A DNA stretch of 55,031 bases from Prorocentrum cordatum (Eukaryota): contig CAUYUJ010000190.1 in NCBI GenBank assembly GCA_963575745.1, positions 62,001-117,031 of the forward strand, read 5' to 3'. The position numbers and the translations under genes were made by a program. Below, piece by piece: positions 24,240 through 35,343 of the stretch. How positions within the stretch are numbered: the first letter of the stretch is position 1; each line of letters begins with the position of its first letter. The notes below the pieces were generated by a model. The model did no database searches. It was not told where the DNA came from and saw only the letters and a program-made list of their open reading frames with translations.

Positions 24240-24397
24240 TCGCCAGCCTGGAACATATCCCTATCCCTACGATTGGCATCGCCTCCTCTCGATGCCGATC
24301 TTAGGGATGCCCTCCGTTTCTGAGAGCGCACCCCCGAGATTGTCGTCGACTTTTGGCCTGCCAATCTTAGGGATGGGGGCACGTTCGGGGCTGGTTG
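24240..24397. mobile_element. TTACCAGCCT-family MITE, copy 2 (opposite orientation, diverged), ~9-bp flanking repeat
   Basis: CCAGCCTGGAACATATCCCTATCCCTA...TAGGGATGGGGGCACGTTCGGGGCTGG; GGCCCCCCC on both sides. Confidence 0.7.
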
Positions 24398-24789
24398 GGC
24401 CCCCCCCCATGCGTGCCGCCCGCCGCGGGGGCTCGCGCCGCCGGCCCGGCAGGCCCTACTCCTTCGACTGGGGGCCATCCCCGGAAGGCCGGGCGGCGGC
24501 ACGCGCAGCACCGACGCCTCGGGGGCCCGCGCGGACGCCTCTCGGGTCGGCGCTGGGCTCCCGCCCGCCCCTCGGGCGGGGGATCGACACTGCACCGCAC
24601 TTCGGGGGCGGAAAAGAGGGGGGGATCACTAGGGGGGGGGGAAGAAGAGAGGGGGGTGATGACCCAGCTTTTGTGGCGCCTCTTCTTATTTCGTTACGTC
24701 CCTGGCCCCCCCCGCTGGGCCGCGCTGCACCACACTGCGCTACCCCAGGGCCGTCTCTGCACCTCGGCTCCGCGCGGGTCGGGCGAAGA

Positions 24790-24925
24790 GAGCTGTGCGC
24801 ACGCACCGGTCCTGGCCAGGCCCATCCTGGGCCCCAGGATCGGTGCAAGTGCCCTCCCGGCCAAGGCGGGAGGGCGTATGCACCGATCTTGGGCTCAGAG
24901 GATGGACCTGGCCAAAATCGGTGTA
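24790..24925. repeat. Palindromic dispersed repeat, second copy at ~48508-48645
   Basis: GCGCACGCACCG.TCCTG...CAGGATCGGTGC..GTGCCCTCCCG.CCAAGGCGGGAG.GC..TGCACCG shared; internally self-complementary. Confidence 0.7.
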
Positions 24926-25142
24926 TGTGCATGGTTCTTTTTCCTCTAGCCTGGCTGTGCTGGCTCGACGGAGCAGTCCTTTTCTTTGGGCGACCAGATT
25001 CTGCAGTCGATCCCCCGCTCGAGCCCCCGGCGGCGCCCCTGGCGCCGCGTGCCGGGAGAGGGGGTCCACCGCCGATCCGAGGCCTTCGTGCGGACCTCCG
25101 AGCGGTGGTGCCTGTGCTGTTGCCTGTCTTTCTGCATCCCTG

Positions 25143-25557
25143 CATCTGCCCATGTTCGGGATGGACTCCGCGGAGAGCAAGCTGCGGCGAGAGCAGAAGG
25201 GCGAGAGCTGCCGGATCCACGGGCACTTCGATACCCACAAGGTTCCTGGGAACTTCCACATCGGGACGCACGGCGTGGTCACTCCAACCTACCTGTCTTA
25301 TTTCGATGAGCCTTCTCCGCCCACGCAGAACATGCTTCATACGATCAACCAGCTAGCATTTATTGACCTGGCCAACGGTACTCTGTTGAATGATACGCAA
25401 CCGTTGGACGGTTTTGAGAGCCCGAAAGCGTTCACTTTCCAGTACTACCTCACCGTGAATCCCGCGACGGTCCTGCCACGTGGAGGAGGCGAAGTGCACG
25501 GCTACCAGTTCAGGTCTGGATCCTTCGTCACCAATGAGCTGATCGGCCCTGCTGTCT
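25143..25557 (+). CDS. ERGIC3/Erv46-like, exon 4 (COPII-coated vesicle C-terminal domain)
   Basis: GESCRIHGHFDTHKVPGNFHIGTH, NMLHTINQLAF, PLDG, FQYYLTVNPAT, YQF. Confidence 0.92.
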
Positions 25558-26064
25558 CGGGTGCTGCCAGACGTGCCCCCGGCCCAAGGTGCCCCCTGGA
25601 GTTTGCCAGGGAGGCCCCCACGGCCTTCGGAGCACTCCTCACGCGGCCCAGCAGGGGCCCCAGGACTCCCAGAACAGTGCGAAAAGCTGGGGGACCCGCC
25701 CGCCCCGCCCGCCCCGCCGGCCCTGGCCTCCTGCCCGCCCGTTTCGTCGTCGCCGGCCTGCTTCTCCCTTCCTCTTCCCCCTCCGGTGCCAGCCGCAGTC
25801 GGCTCAGACGGTGACGAGGCCTCGCTGACGGTACCCGGCGGAGCGTGCTGGGGGCACCTTTCGGTCGGGGCCAGGACGAGCATGAGGCCGTTCCAGAGCG
25901 TGCCGGAACGCTCTCAGAGCGTTCCGGAACGCTTTGAGGAAGCTGCGTCGCCCGAGACCTCGAGAGCATCCGGATCTCAGAGATTCTCGATCCATCTTCG
26001 CCGACGTTATCCTCGTCCTGGCTTTGTCCTAACCTTGGGCTGCAGGCACCTCTCGCAGCACCCG
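25558..26064. mobile_element. Introner-like TIR element forming the intron between exons 4 and 5
   Basis: 33-bp TIR (CGGGTGCTGCCAGACGTGCCCCCGGCCCAAGGT / ACCTTGGGCTGCAGGCACCTCTCGCAGCACCCG, ~27/33) and 7-bp duplication GCTGTCT/GCCGTCT of coding sequence. Confidence 0.8.
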
Positions 26065-26071
26065 GCCGTCT

Positions 26072-26109
26072 TCTTCCGTTACGACATCGACCCCATCCGG
26101 GTCACGTAT
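26072..26109 (+). CDS. ERGIC3/Erv46-like, exon 5 ([PAV]FFRYDIDPIRVTY)
   Basis: Matches the conserved P(G/A)VFF.YD.SPI.V motif. Confidence 0.85.
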
Positions 26110-26180
26110 CGGCCGGGCCTGCCCCTCTGCCGCCCGTCCCCCTGGCTCGGACGGCTTTCTCGTGGCCTCGCTGGATCGGT

Positions 26181-26334
26181 TAGGGGGCCACATGCGAACC
26201 CTACCCCTACCCCCCACGATTTCTGAGGGGGAGGGTGGGGTTCACTTCGTTCGGGAGCTCCCGAGCGAAGTGAACCCCACCCTCCCCCTCAGAAATCGTG
26301 GGGGGTAGGGGTAGGGTTCGCATGTGGCCCCCTA
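26181..26334. mobile_element. 154-bp near-perfect palindromic MITE, 5-bp TSD TCGGT
   Basis: Arms TAGGGGGCCACATGCGAACCCTACCCC... centred on GAGCTC, one mismatch seen. Confidence 0.9.
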
Positions 26335-26472
26335 TCGGTAGGTTGTTCGTTCAGGATGGAGCCCAGAAGTCGGAGGAGGAAAGGGTACCCATGCTGCTAC
26401 CCTTCCCCCGCTGACGGGGTAGGGTAGCGGTATGGGTACCTTTTCCCGTTTTGGGCCCCCTGGGAGGCCCAA

Positions 26473-26514
<42 letters not shown>

Positions 26515-26629
26515 CTCTCCTTTTTGGGCCTCCCAGGAGGCCTTCGAAGCCACCGCTGGATTCGCCTCGAAATTCTAGTCTTAGCGCACCCCAGGAGAGG
26601 TCTGGAGAGTAGCGGTATTGGTAGCATTA

Positions 26630-27000
26630 GGTTCCCCCAGGAAAGATCCGAACTTGGGCTTATAATGTTCCTGGAATGTGAAACTGGGTTCATCATGCTT
26701 CCCCCCAGAACATTGCAAACCTGGGCTTGTAAGGTTCTGGGGAAATTCACTGGGGGTCATACTGTTCCCCCCTCAGAACGTTGCCAACCTGGTTTTGTAA
26801 GGTTCCGAGGATATTCGCTGGGGGTCATACTGTTTCCACCCAGGACAATGTAACCTTGGTCCATAATGTTCCTGGAAGATCAACTGGGGTTCAGAATGTC
26901 CCCTCCCAGAACCATGGCATCTGGGGATATTCACTGGGGTTCACATACATGGCCCTCTCGGAACATTGCAATTTTGGGTTTGCAGTGTTCTGGGGGACCC
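26630..27000. repeat. Degenerate ~67-bp tandem repeat
   Basis: CTGGGG(G/T)TCA-type anchors at ~26750, 26818 and 26884. Confidence 0.65.
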
Positions 27001-28647
27001 AGCTCCGGAACCTCCAATGCCCTGTCACCAGAGTAACTCGGAGGTGGATAGACCTCCTACCCTGACACGTCGATTAGTGAATGGGCCGTTTTCGGTTCGC
27101 GAGAGGGCGTCGCGGCCGTTATTTTGCGGGTCCAGGTCCGCGGGTTTCGGTCCCAGGCCGCTTTCACTAAGGGGAGGTTTACTACAGGGAGGTTTGTCCA
27201 CCGCCGTAACATTCAACATTCATGATGTTCACCTATGGACCCTGGTTCATTATTCTCGGAGAGCAATACTTTTTCTACTACTCCGGAATGATAGCCCTCT
27301 TGGGAGCCTTGGGGGCCATCTTGGGGCCATCTTGGAGGAGATCGATCGAAGAAGGGGGGGGTACCAGATTTGGGTCGCCCCAGGAGGACAACATGGGCCC
27401 AAAACCTTGGTCATATCAGTGAATTTTGCTTTCTCTCCGATGCCGTCCTGGACGCTCCAATGGGTCGCGACCCCCCCCTATCGAGGTCCAGGGGAGGGGG
27501 GAAGGGGTCAAGACACCCTCCCCGCTCGCAAGCTGTCTTGCTCACTCCCACCCGCCCTCCCAACACAGAAGTAGCACCCACGCCCCAGCACGTTGAGCGA
27601 TCGTCTCTGGATGCGCAGTTAGTGGGAACCAATACAGACCCCATGTGCGCGACCCTAAACCACCTGCGCCCAAATTGCCCGTGGGATTTTGTACGACTGC
27701 AGCTCTGGGGCTCGAGCCAGATGTATTTTTTTTAAGTAAAAGAAAGACTGCGGCCTCGGGAGCGCCAGCGCGTCGCAATGCAGAAGTGACTGTGGCTTCG
27801 GGGAGGCACTCTTGCAGTACTTCACGCGGGGGTGTGGCCGCGGGCGCGCGAGCTCGATGGTAATTGCCATGGGCCTGTGGCCTCGGGAGCGCGACTCTGG
27901 CTGCGCAGCTTTGTCAAGGGCATTTAAAAAACGCCCCCCTACCCTGGTTTACGACTTTTTTGGCTCGTCAACCTTGGGGATGGGGATACAGTCAAAAACC
28001 CTACTAAGGACGCGCGGCTTTGCTCAGGGTACCCTTGCGTCCTTGCTCTCCTTTGCTCTTGCGTCCTTCAGGTTCTCGTCGTCCGCCGCCCCCCAAAATC
28101 CCAACTTCGGCTTCCAAGGGTCTTGCGTCCTTACCGCGCGTCCTTATTATCAAGGGCAGAAAAACAAAAACACGCCCCTACCCTGGTTTACGAGGCGCTG
28201 TGCGCTGAAACTCCTGTGGGCTGACAGGGTAAACCCTGCGTGATGTGCCGCGTCCTGGCGGCTCTGGGCTTTGGGGGTTCCCAGGAGGTGTGCAGACCAC
28301 GCACTGGTAACCCTGGGTAGGGTCGTTTTTTCATCCCTCAATTGTGGCTTGGGGATCGCGAGTCTGGCGTAATTCAGACGAGGTGTTGACGTCGTGAGCG
28401 CGACGGCGTGATTTACGAGGGATTGCGGCCTCGGACGTGCGAATCTGGTGTAGTTTTGCATCCCCAAGAAATTCCGGGTTGGAATGTGGATCGTTTTCGG
28501 CCTCCCCCCTCACGTGAATTTCATGCCTTGCAACAGTGGAGCTAGAAACGGGAAAAACTACAATTAGAACTCTGGAGCTAGAACTGGCGCAGAAAACAGG
28601 ACAGTCTAGTCCACACAGCCTATTGGCTTCCAAGGGGGCTGGCGGAT

Positions 28648-28779
28648 TACACAGAAGAGGTCAGGTGGAGCGGATACCTGGTCAACGTCTGTGCCGTGGT
28701 CGGAGGAGTCGTCGCGGTGTTCTCTATGCTGGCCCAGCTGGTTGAGACAGCAGCAGCGGTCGCGGCAAACAAGGAGTGA
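28648..28779 (+). CDS. ERGIC3/Erv46-like, final exon (TM2 and stop)
   Basis: YTEEVRWSGYLVNVCAVVGGVVAVFSMLAQLVETAAAVAANKE* matches the family (F/Y)L..(L/V)CA(I/V)(I/V)GGV motif; absent from the ORF track. Confidence 0.9.
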   Translation, partial: YTEEVRWSGYLVNVCAVVGGVVAVFSMLAQLVETAAAVAANKE

Positions 28780-29118
28780 GGCCTTGGTCGAGCAACGCAC
28801 GGCTCGCATTGCACTCCTCCAACAAAAGTCGTGAGAGATGCTGCTGCATTTGCTGCTCATTCCAAGCAGACCCTCCTTGCCCTCACGTTTCTCGTCGTCC
28901 ACCCATCGGCTCGACAGGCCAGGCGGAATCCGAGGGATAATACGACGAGCTCTCTGGTTTGTGTCCCACTGGCTCCGCCTTGTCGCCGTCGCCGTCGCCG
29001 TCGCCTACGTCGATGTCGTCGTCGTCCTCCTCCTCCTCCTACTCCTCCTCCCCCGGCCGCGCTGCATGTGCCTTGCCGAACGCGTTCCACTACTCGCAAA
29101 GTGCCTACTCGCAAACGT

Positions 29119-30821
29119 CCAAATTAGCCAGGCGAAGGACCCAACCCTTATGCAGTTGTGAGTACCGCAGTTGTGGGTATCGTCTTCAGCGGAGCCCCCT
29201 ATGGGCCACGACACGCTGTACTGTATGGGGGATACGCAGGCGAACTTTGCCACTGGGGCCTCCGGTGGAGCTTCCTATGGGCCACGAAACTTGGCGCTGG
29301 GTGGGGGAGACGCATGCGGAAAGTGTCACTGGGGCCTTCGGTGGAGCTCCCTAAAAAGGCCATGACATGTGTACTGGGTGGGGGAGGCGCATGCGGACGG
29401 TGCCACTGGCGCCGTCGGTGGGGCTCCCTATGGGCCACGAAACGCTGTACTGGGTGGAGGAGGCGCACGTGGACTTTGCCACTCTGGGGCCTTCGCTGGA
29501 GCGCCCTATGAGGCCTCGAAGCGCTGTACTGGGTGGGGGAGACGCATGCGGACGGTGCGATTCAGGCCTTCGGTGGAGCTCTTCCTTACGGGTCCACGAA
29601 ACGCTGTATTGGGTGGGGGAGACGCATGCGAACGATTCCGCTGGGGCCTTCGGTGGAGCTCCATATGGGGCCACGGAGCGTTGTACTGGGTGGGGGACAT
29701 GCGTGTGGACGGTGCTACTTGGACGTTCGGTGGAGCTCCCTATGGGGCGACACGTTGTACTGGATGGGGTAGGACGCATGCAGAAAGTGTCACTGGGACC
29801 TTCGGTGGAGCTCCTTGTAAGGCCATTGAGCGCTGTACTGGGTGGGGAAGACGCATGTGAACGGTTCCGCTGGGGTCCTCGGTGGAGTTCCCCATGGTGC
29901 CACGAAACGCTGTATCGGGTACGGGGAGATGCATGCGGACGGTGCTCCTGGGGCCTTCGGTGGAGCTCCATATGGGGCTACGAAACTCTGTACTGGGCGG
30001 CGGGCGACGCGTGCGGAAAGTGTCACGGGGACCTTCGGTGGAACTCCCTATCAGGCCATGAGATGTGTATCGGGCCGGGGAGGCGCATGAGGACGGTGCC
30101 ATTGCCGCCGTCGGTGGGGCTCCCTATGGGGTCACGAAGCGCTGTATTGCGTGGGGGGGTGGACGCATGCGGGCGGTACCGCTGGGACCTTCGGTGGAGC
30201 TCTATATGGGGCCACGAAGCGCTGTACTGGGTGGGGGGGACGCATGTGGGCGGTAGCATTGGGGCCGTGCTCCCTGTGGCGCCACGAAGCGCTGTACTCG
30301 GTGGGGGGTGGGGGGGGCGCATGCAGGTGGTAGCGCTGGGGCCGTCGGTGGAGCTCCATACGGGGCCACGAAGCGCCGTGCTGGGTGGGTGGGGGGACGC
30401 ATGCCGGCGGTAGCGCGGGGGCATTCGTTGGAGCTCCCTGTGGGGCGACGAAGCGCTGTACTGAGTTGGGGGACGCATGTGGGCGGTAGCGCTTGGACCT
30501 TCAGTGGAGCTCGGGCGGTAGCACTGGGGGCTTCGGTGGAGCTCTCTAGGGGGTCACGACACGCTGTACCGGGTGGGGGGGCGCATGCGGGCGGTACCGC
30601 TGGGACCTTCGGTGGAGCTCCCTATGGGGCCGCGAAGCTCTGTACTGGGTGGTGGGGACGCATGCGGGCGGTAGCACTGGGACCTTCGGTGCAGCTCCCT
30701 ATCGGCCAAGACATGTGTGAGGTGTGCGCTGCAATGGTAGACTGATGCGAAGGGCAGGTGGGAGGAGGAAGGAGGAAAGCAGGGCCTTCAAAACGAGGAC
30801 TCAACACAGGATAGTCAGGAA
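29119..30821 (-). repeat. Satellite-bearing dispersed element, type B (~78-bp units), inverted relative to 53297-54786
   Basis: Reverse complement of the same head and unit; tail CTCACAACTGCATA.GG.TGGGTCCTTCGCC.GGC.AATTTGG shared with 54745-54786. Confidence 0.85.
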
Positions 30822-31201
30822 CAATGGATCCATACAATGGGGTTTCTTTGCCTTGATGCAATTGCAGTGGGTCCAGGCCATTTGCGAGCAGCTGCTTTGC
30901 GAGCTGTGGAACTCGCTTGCCGCTTGCCTCCGTCGTATCTGCTGCAGCAGAGGCGTCTCGGGCCGCGGGCAGAGTTCAAGGTCGTCTCGCTGCACTCGCG
31001 CCCTGCCCTGCCCCGCGCCCTCGGAGTCGGCGGTCCCCCTTCGGGCCAGCAGGGGGCAGGCCCGCGCCACGCCAGCTTGGGCTCGATGGGACCTCTCCCC
31101 TGCCGGGTGCCCGCGCGCGGGCGCGATGCAAGAGCGCTGGCGCGCCGCTGAGGCTCTGCGGACCTGGCACCTTGCTCTGCTTCTCAGTCCTCTGCGATGA
31201 T

Positions 31202-31282
31202 TAGGGGGCCGCGTGCGCCTACCCCTTACCCCCCGCGATTTCTGAGGGGGAGGGTGGGGTAGGGTTCGCACGTGGCTCCCTA
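31202..31282. mobile_element. 81-bp MITE of the TAGGGGGCC family, 5-bp TSD ATGAT
   Basis: Same ends and GATTTCTGAGGGGGAGGGTGGGGT core as 26181-26334; a partial relative lies at ~13170-13227. Confidence 0.8.
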
Positions 31283-31589
31283 ATGATTTCCTCGGGTGTC
31301 TCCCAGAGGGGGAGAAGACGCAGATGCTGCCGCTCTTTCGTCGCTTTCGCTCTATGGGGCGCCCTCCTGAGCGGCCGTCGTCGCAGCGGCTGGAGTCGCC
31401 TCTCGAAATCCTGGCCGGAACGCACCCCAGGGGAGGTCCGCGGAGCCGCTGTGCTGGTATCCTTTCTGCTCTCCCCTCGGCCTTGCTGCTCCCATCGAGT
31501 CCCCTCGAGAACCCATTGCCTACTCGTGCATTCCCTCGATGTGCCACCCACATGGTTCTGGCTGTATAGGTCCCCCTCCCCGCTCCCCC

Positions 31590-31805
31590 GCCTCCTCCTC
31601 CTCCTCCTCCTCCTCCTCGTCCTCCTCGTCCTCCTCCTCCTCGTCCTCCTCCTCCTCCTCCTCCTCCTCCTCCTCCTCCTCCTCCTCTCCTCCTCCTCCT
31701 CCTCCTCCTCCTCCTCCTCTCCTCCTCCTCCTCCTCCCCTCCTCCTCCTCCTCCTCCTCCTCCTCCTCCTCCTCCTCCTCCTCCTCCTCCTCCTCCTCCT
31801 CCTCC
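31590..31805. repeat. (CCT)n microsatellite
   Basis: Read directly from the sequence. Confidence 0.95.
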
Positions 31806-32109
31806 CCATCGCCAGTTCATCGGCGATGTATCGCCGATTCCAGCTCGATGGTCTTCACCCCCCGAAACGGCCCCCCCCCTGACGTCCCTCCTCACTGGAT
31901 AGGAGACGCACTTGCACGGCGAGCTGCTGATGACAGCTGGTTGGAGTTCCGCGCGGATTTCTCGGGCCTGCGCTGGAGCGCCAGGGAGGGGGGGCCCAGC
32001 GCAGATCCAAGACATCTGCGCGGACCTCCGAACGCGTAGGCTTATACGTTTTCCTCAACAGAGATACAGGGATTCTTACTTCTGTTTCTAAGGAGTTGGA
32101 CTGTTATGC

Positions 32110-33000
32110 CCAGGATTCGCCACGTTGCCGCCCGTTGCCGCCCGTGGCCGCTTGTGAGGGCATGCCGAGGATTCGCCACGATGCGGCCCATTGCCGCCTG
32201 TTCTGAGCTGCGAAGGGTTCGCCGCGTGGCCGCCCGTGGTCGCCCGTTGCCGCGCCGTTGCCGCGCCGTTGCCGCGTCGTTGCCGCCTCGTGCGCTGCGT
32301 GGGCATGCTGAGGTTCGCCACGTTGCTGCCCGTTGCTGCCCGTTGCCGCCCGTTGCCGCTTGTCGGGGCGCGCTGATGGTCCGCCGCGTTGCTGCGTCGC
32401 GGCCGCCTGGTGCAGCCTGATTCCGCCCTGTTGCCGCGTCGTTGCCGCCTCGTGCGCTGTGCGGGTGTGCCGAGGATTCGCCGGGCTGCCGCCCGTTTGC
32501 CCGTTGCCGCCTGTGAGGGCATGCCGAGGATTCGCCACGATGCGGCCCGTTGCCGCCTCGCTGCCGCGTCGTCGCCGCCTCGTGCGCTGCGTGGGCACGG
32601 GGAGGATTCGCCAAGTTGCCGCCCGTTGCCGCCCGTGGTCGCCTGTGGGCGCCGAGGGGCCGCCACGCTGCCGCGTCGTTGCCGCCTGGTGCCGCGCCGC
32701 TGCCGCGTCGTTGCCGCCTCGTGCGCTGCGTGGGCCTTGCCGAGGATTCGCCACGTCGCTGCCCGTTGCCGCCCGTGGCCGCCCGTGGGGGTACGTCGAG
32801 GATTCGTCACGCTGCGGCGCCGCTGCGGGCCGAGGTCGCCCGTTGCCCCGTCGCTGCCGCCCCGTGCGCCGTGCGGGTGCGCCGAGGATGCGCCGCGTTG
32901 CCGCCTCGTGGGCGCCTCGTGGGCGCCCGGCGCCTGGGGGGTGAGTCTGGTCTGCGCCACGTCGCCGCCCGTTGCCGCCTCCTGGGCGCCTCGGGGGCGC
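32110..33000. repeat. GC-rich degenerate minisatellite (CCGTTGCCGC / GAGGATTCGCCACG modules)
   Basis: Recurrent modules throughout. Confidence 0.85.
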
Positions 33001-33888
33001 CCGTGCTCGGAGCTCTTGCATGGCACGGCTTTCACCACGTGGCTTGCACCGCACAGCCTGCACCGCGTGCGTTTTTTCTTGTCCAGGAGAGGAGGGGCCT
33101 TTCCCCCCCCGGGTTTACCGCCCACGCCCCAGGACATCACAAGTTGCGTAGGATTTTGCTTTATCTTTCATTTACCCGCACCGCTCATCCCTGTCAAAGA
33201 ATACTATGCGCGCACACTCGGTTATCACAGCATGTACTTTCCCAACAATCCATCGCAAAGCATGGGACACAGTTCACGCGCGCGCCGTTGCGCGGGCATG
33301 TCGAAATCCTTGAACAATGAGCGGCAGGAAAACGGGGGTCGTTTGCGCCGACACTGGCGCGTAAGCTTCCCGCGCAAGGTCGCGCGTGAGCGCCCTCGCC
33401 TCAAGTGCAGCGTGCCGCGCTGGTGGCCCGCGTAAACCACCGCGTAAGACCGCCGTGTCATCTTGCGTAAGGCCCCTTTCTTTTTGTCGCTGAACGGGCC
33501 TTCAGAGCAGCCCTCAAGAGGCCCAGAGTCAAGGGAGGAAAAACCACCCGGACCCGATAATTGGCGTTTACCAAACGGCCCTGGGCGTTTACTAAACAGC
33601 CCTGCCCTGTTCGATTCTCTCTTTGGTTGCGTTTACTGAACGGTTTCGCGTGTCGGGGTGATTATTATGAGGGTGTTTTTTTTTGTTGCTCCGGTTTTCG
33701 TCGCTGGACGGGCCTTCAGGGCACCCCCTCAAGAGGCCCACAGGGACCGAGGGGGTCCAACATGGCACGTTCGTTGTCCCCCTCGAGCGACGCAGGTACC
33801 GTGCATCCATGTCTATGCCCTCGGCTGCGGACACGGAGGCGCGATGCCATGGCCGCGATCCCATGGATTGGCTCCGCGTAGGGTCTGC

Positions 33889-34046
33889 TCACCAGCCTCG
33901 AACGTATCCGTATCCCTAAGATTGACACGCTAAAAGGAGATGACAATCTTAGGGATACACCCCCAGAAACTCAGGAAATCCCTAAGATCGCCATCGTGAT
34001 GAGGCGATGCCCAACATAGGGATAGGGGTATGTTCCAGGCTGGTAA
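33889..34046. mobile_element. TTACCAGCCT-family MITE, copy 3, 5-bp flanking repeat TCTGC
   Basis: Colinear with 10626-10782; TCTGC at 33884-33888 and 34047-34051. Confidence 0.88.
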
Positions 34047-34810
34047 TCTGCGGCTGATCGTGGCGGTGGCACACCTTCGGGGCGTTCCAGAAAGGGTCTC
34101 GCCGGCGAGGGCCGGAGGAGTTGGCGTCTTGCCCTCGGCGGAGGGGTGGCGGAGGGGCGGCCGAGGCCGGCGGAGGCAGCACGAGGCTACTTCAAGGGCG
34201 CCCTCGAGGGCGCGAAGTTATTCGCGCTTCGCGCTTCGCGGTTCGGCTCCGATTCCTCCTCGTCCTCCTCTTCTCCCCTGGGAGGCGGCGCGAGAGGGCG
34301 AAGTTATTCGCACTTCGCGCTTCGCGCAGCGCGAAGCGCGAAGTTGGGAGCCCTTACTACTTCCGGTGCCGGAAGCTGGCGGAGGTAGCAGATGCACTGC
34401 CCAGGGGATGGCAAGGCTTTTCTGTGCAGGGTTTCCAGGACTGGCCATGTGCCGCCTTCTCTTCGGCCCGGGATCTTCGGCGAGGCTGTCGACGTGCCCC
34501 AAAGTCTGGCAGGCAGGGTCGTCCGTGGGGTGATCCCGACGCCGCCGTTCGCACTGCGCGGGGAACAAGCACCATCATAAACATAGCCAAAACTGGGAAG
34601 TCCGCGCAGATTTCTTGGACTGGCGCTGGGTCCCCCTCTCTGGTGCGCAGGGGCGGCGCCAGAGTCGCCGCTAGAGGGTTCAGCGCAAGGATTGTATCTT
34701 CATGCAGGTTTTGCCTCCCTCTGGTAACCCCAGTAAGTCTTTCATGCTGCCAGGATCCCTCCTTAAGCTCTCGATTGCAATGCAACTCGTCCTTCCCCTT
34801 GTTCTTCCCA

Positions 34811-35146
34811 TGATCATCATCATCATCATCACCACCACAATCATCATCAACATCACCACCATCATCATCAGCATCACCACCATCACTATCACCATCACTA
34901 TCACCATCACTACCACCACCATCATCATTATCATCATCAGCATCATCATCATCATAGCATCAGCATCAGCATCAGCACCAGCATCATCATCAGCATCATC
35001 ATCATCATCATCATCATCGTCATCATCAGGATCATCGTCATCATCATCATCACATATGCCATCTCCAGCACCATGACCATCACCATCATCATCAGCATCA
35101 CCACCACCACCACTACCACCACCACCATCCGCATCATCAGCACCAC

Positions 35147-35197
<51 letters not shown>

Positions 35198-35343
35198 TAT
35201 CATCATCATCATCATCATCGTGTCATTGTCATCGTCGTCGTCATCGGCGTCGTCGTCATCATCAGCATCATCATCATCATCGTCGTCATTATCAACATCA
35301 TCATCATAATCACGATCAAATCACCACCATCATCATCAACATC
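34811..35343. repeat. (CAT)n-type microsatellite, left flank of the YR element
   Basis: Read directly from the sequence. Confidence 0.95.

Noticed and set aside
29190..30710. Regular repeat arrays (also 4850-5430, 6300-6960, 53430-54710) as CRISPR arrays
   Set aside because: Whole units are homologous with no unique spacers, there are no cas genes, and the context is eukaryotic.
32032..33152. GCGTAGG on both sides of the minisatellite block as a TSD
   Set aside because: Only 7/9 match and no convincing TIR.
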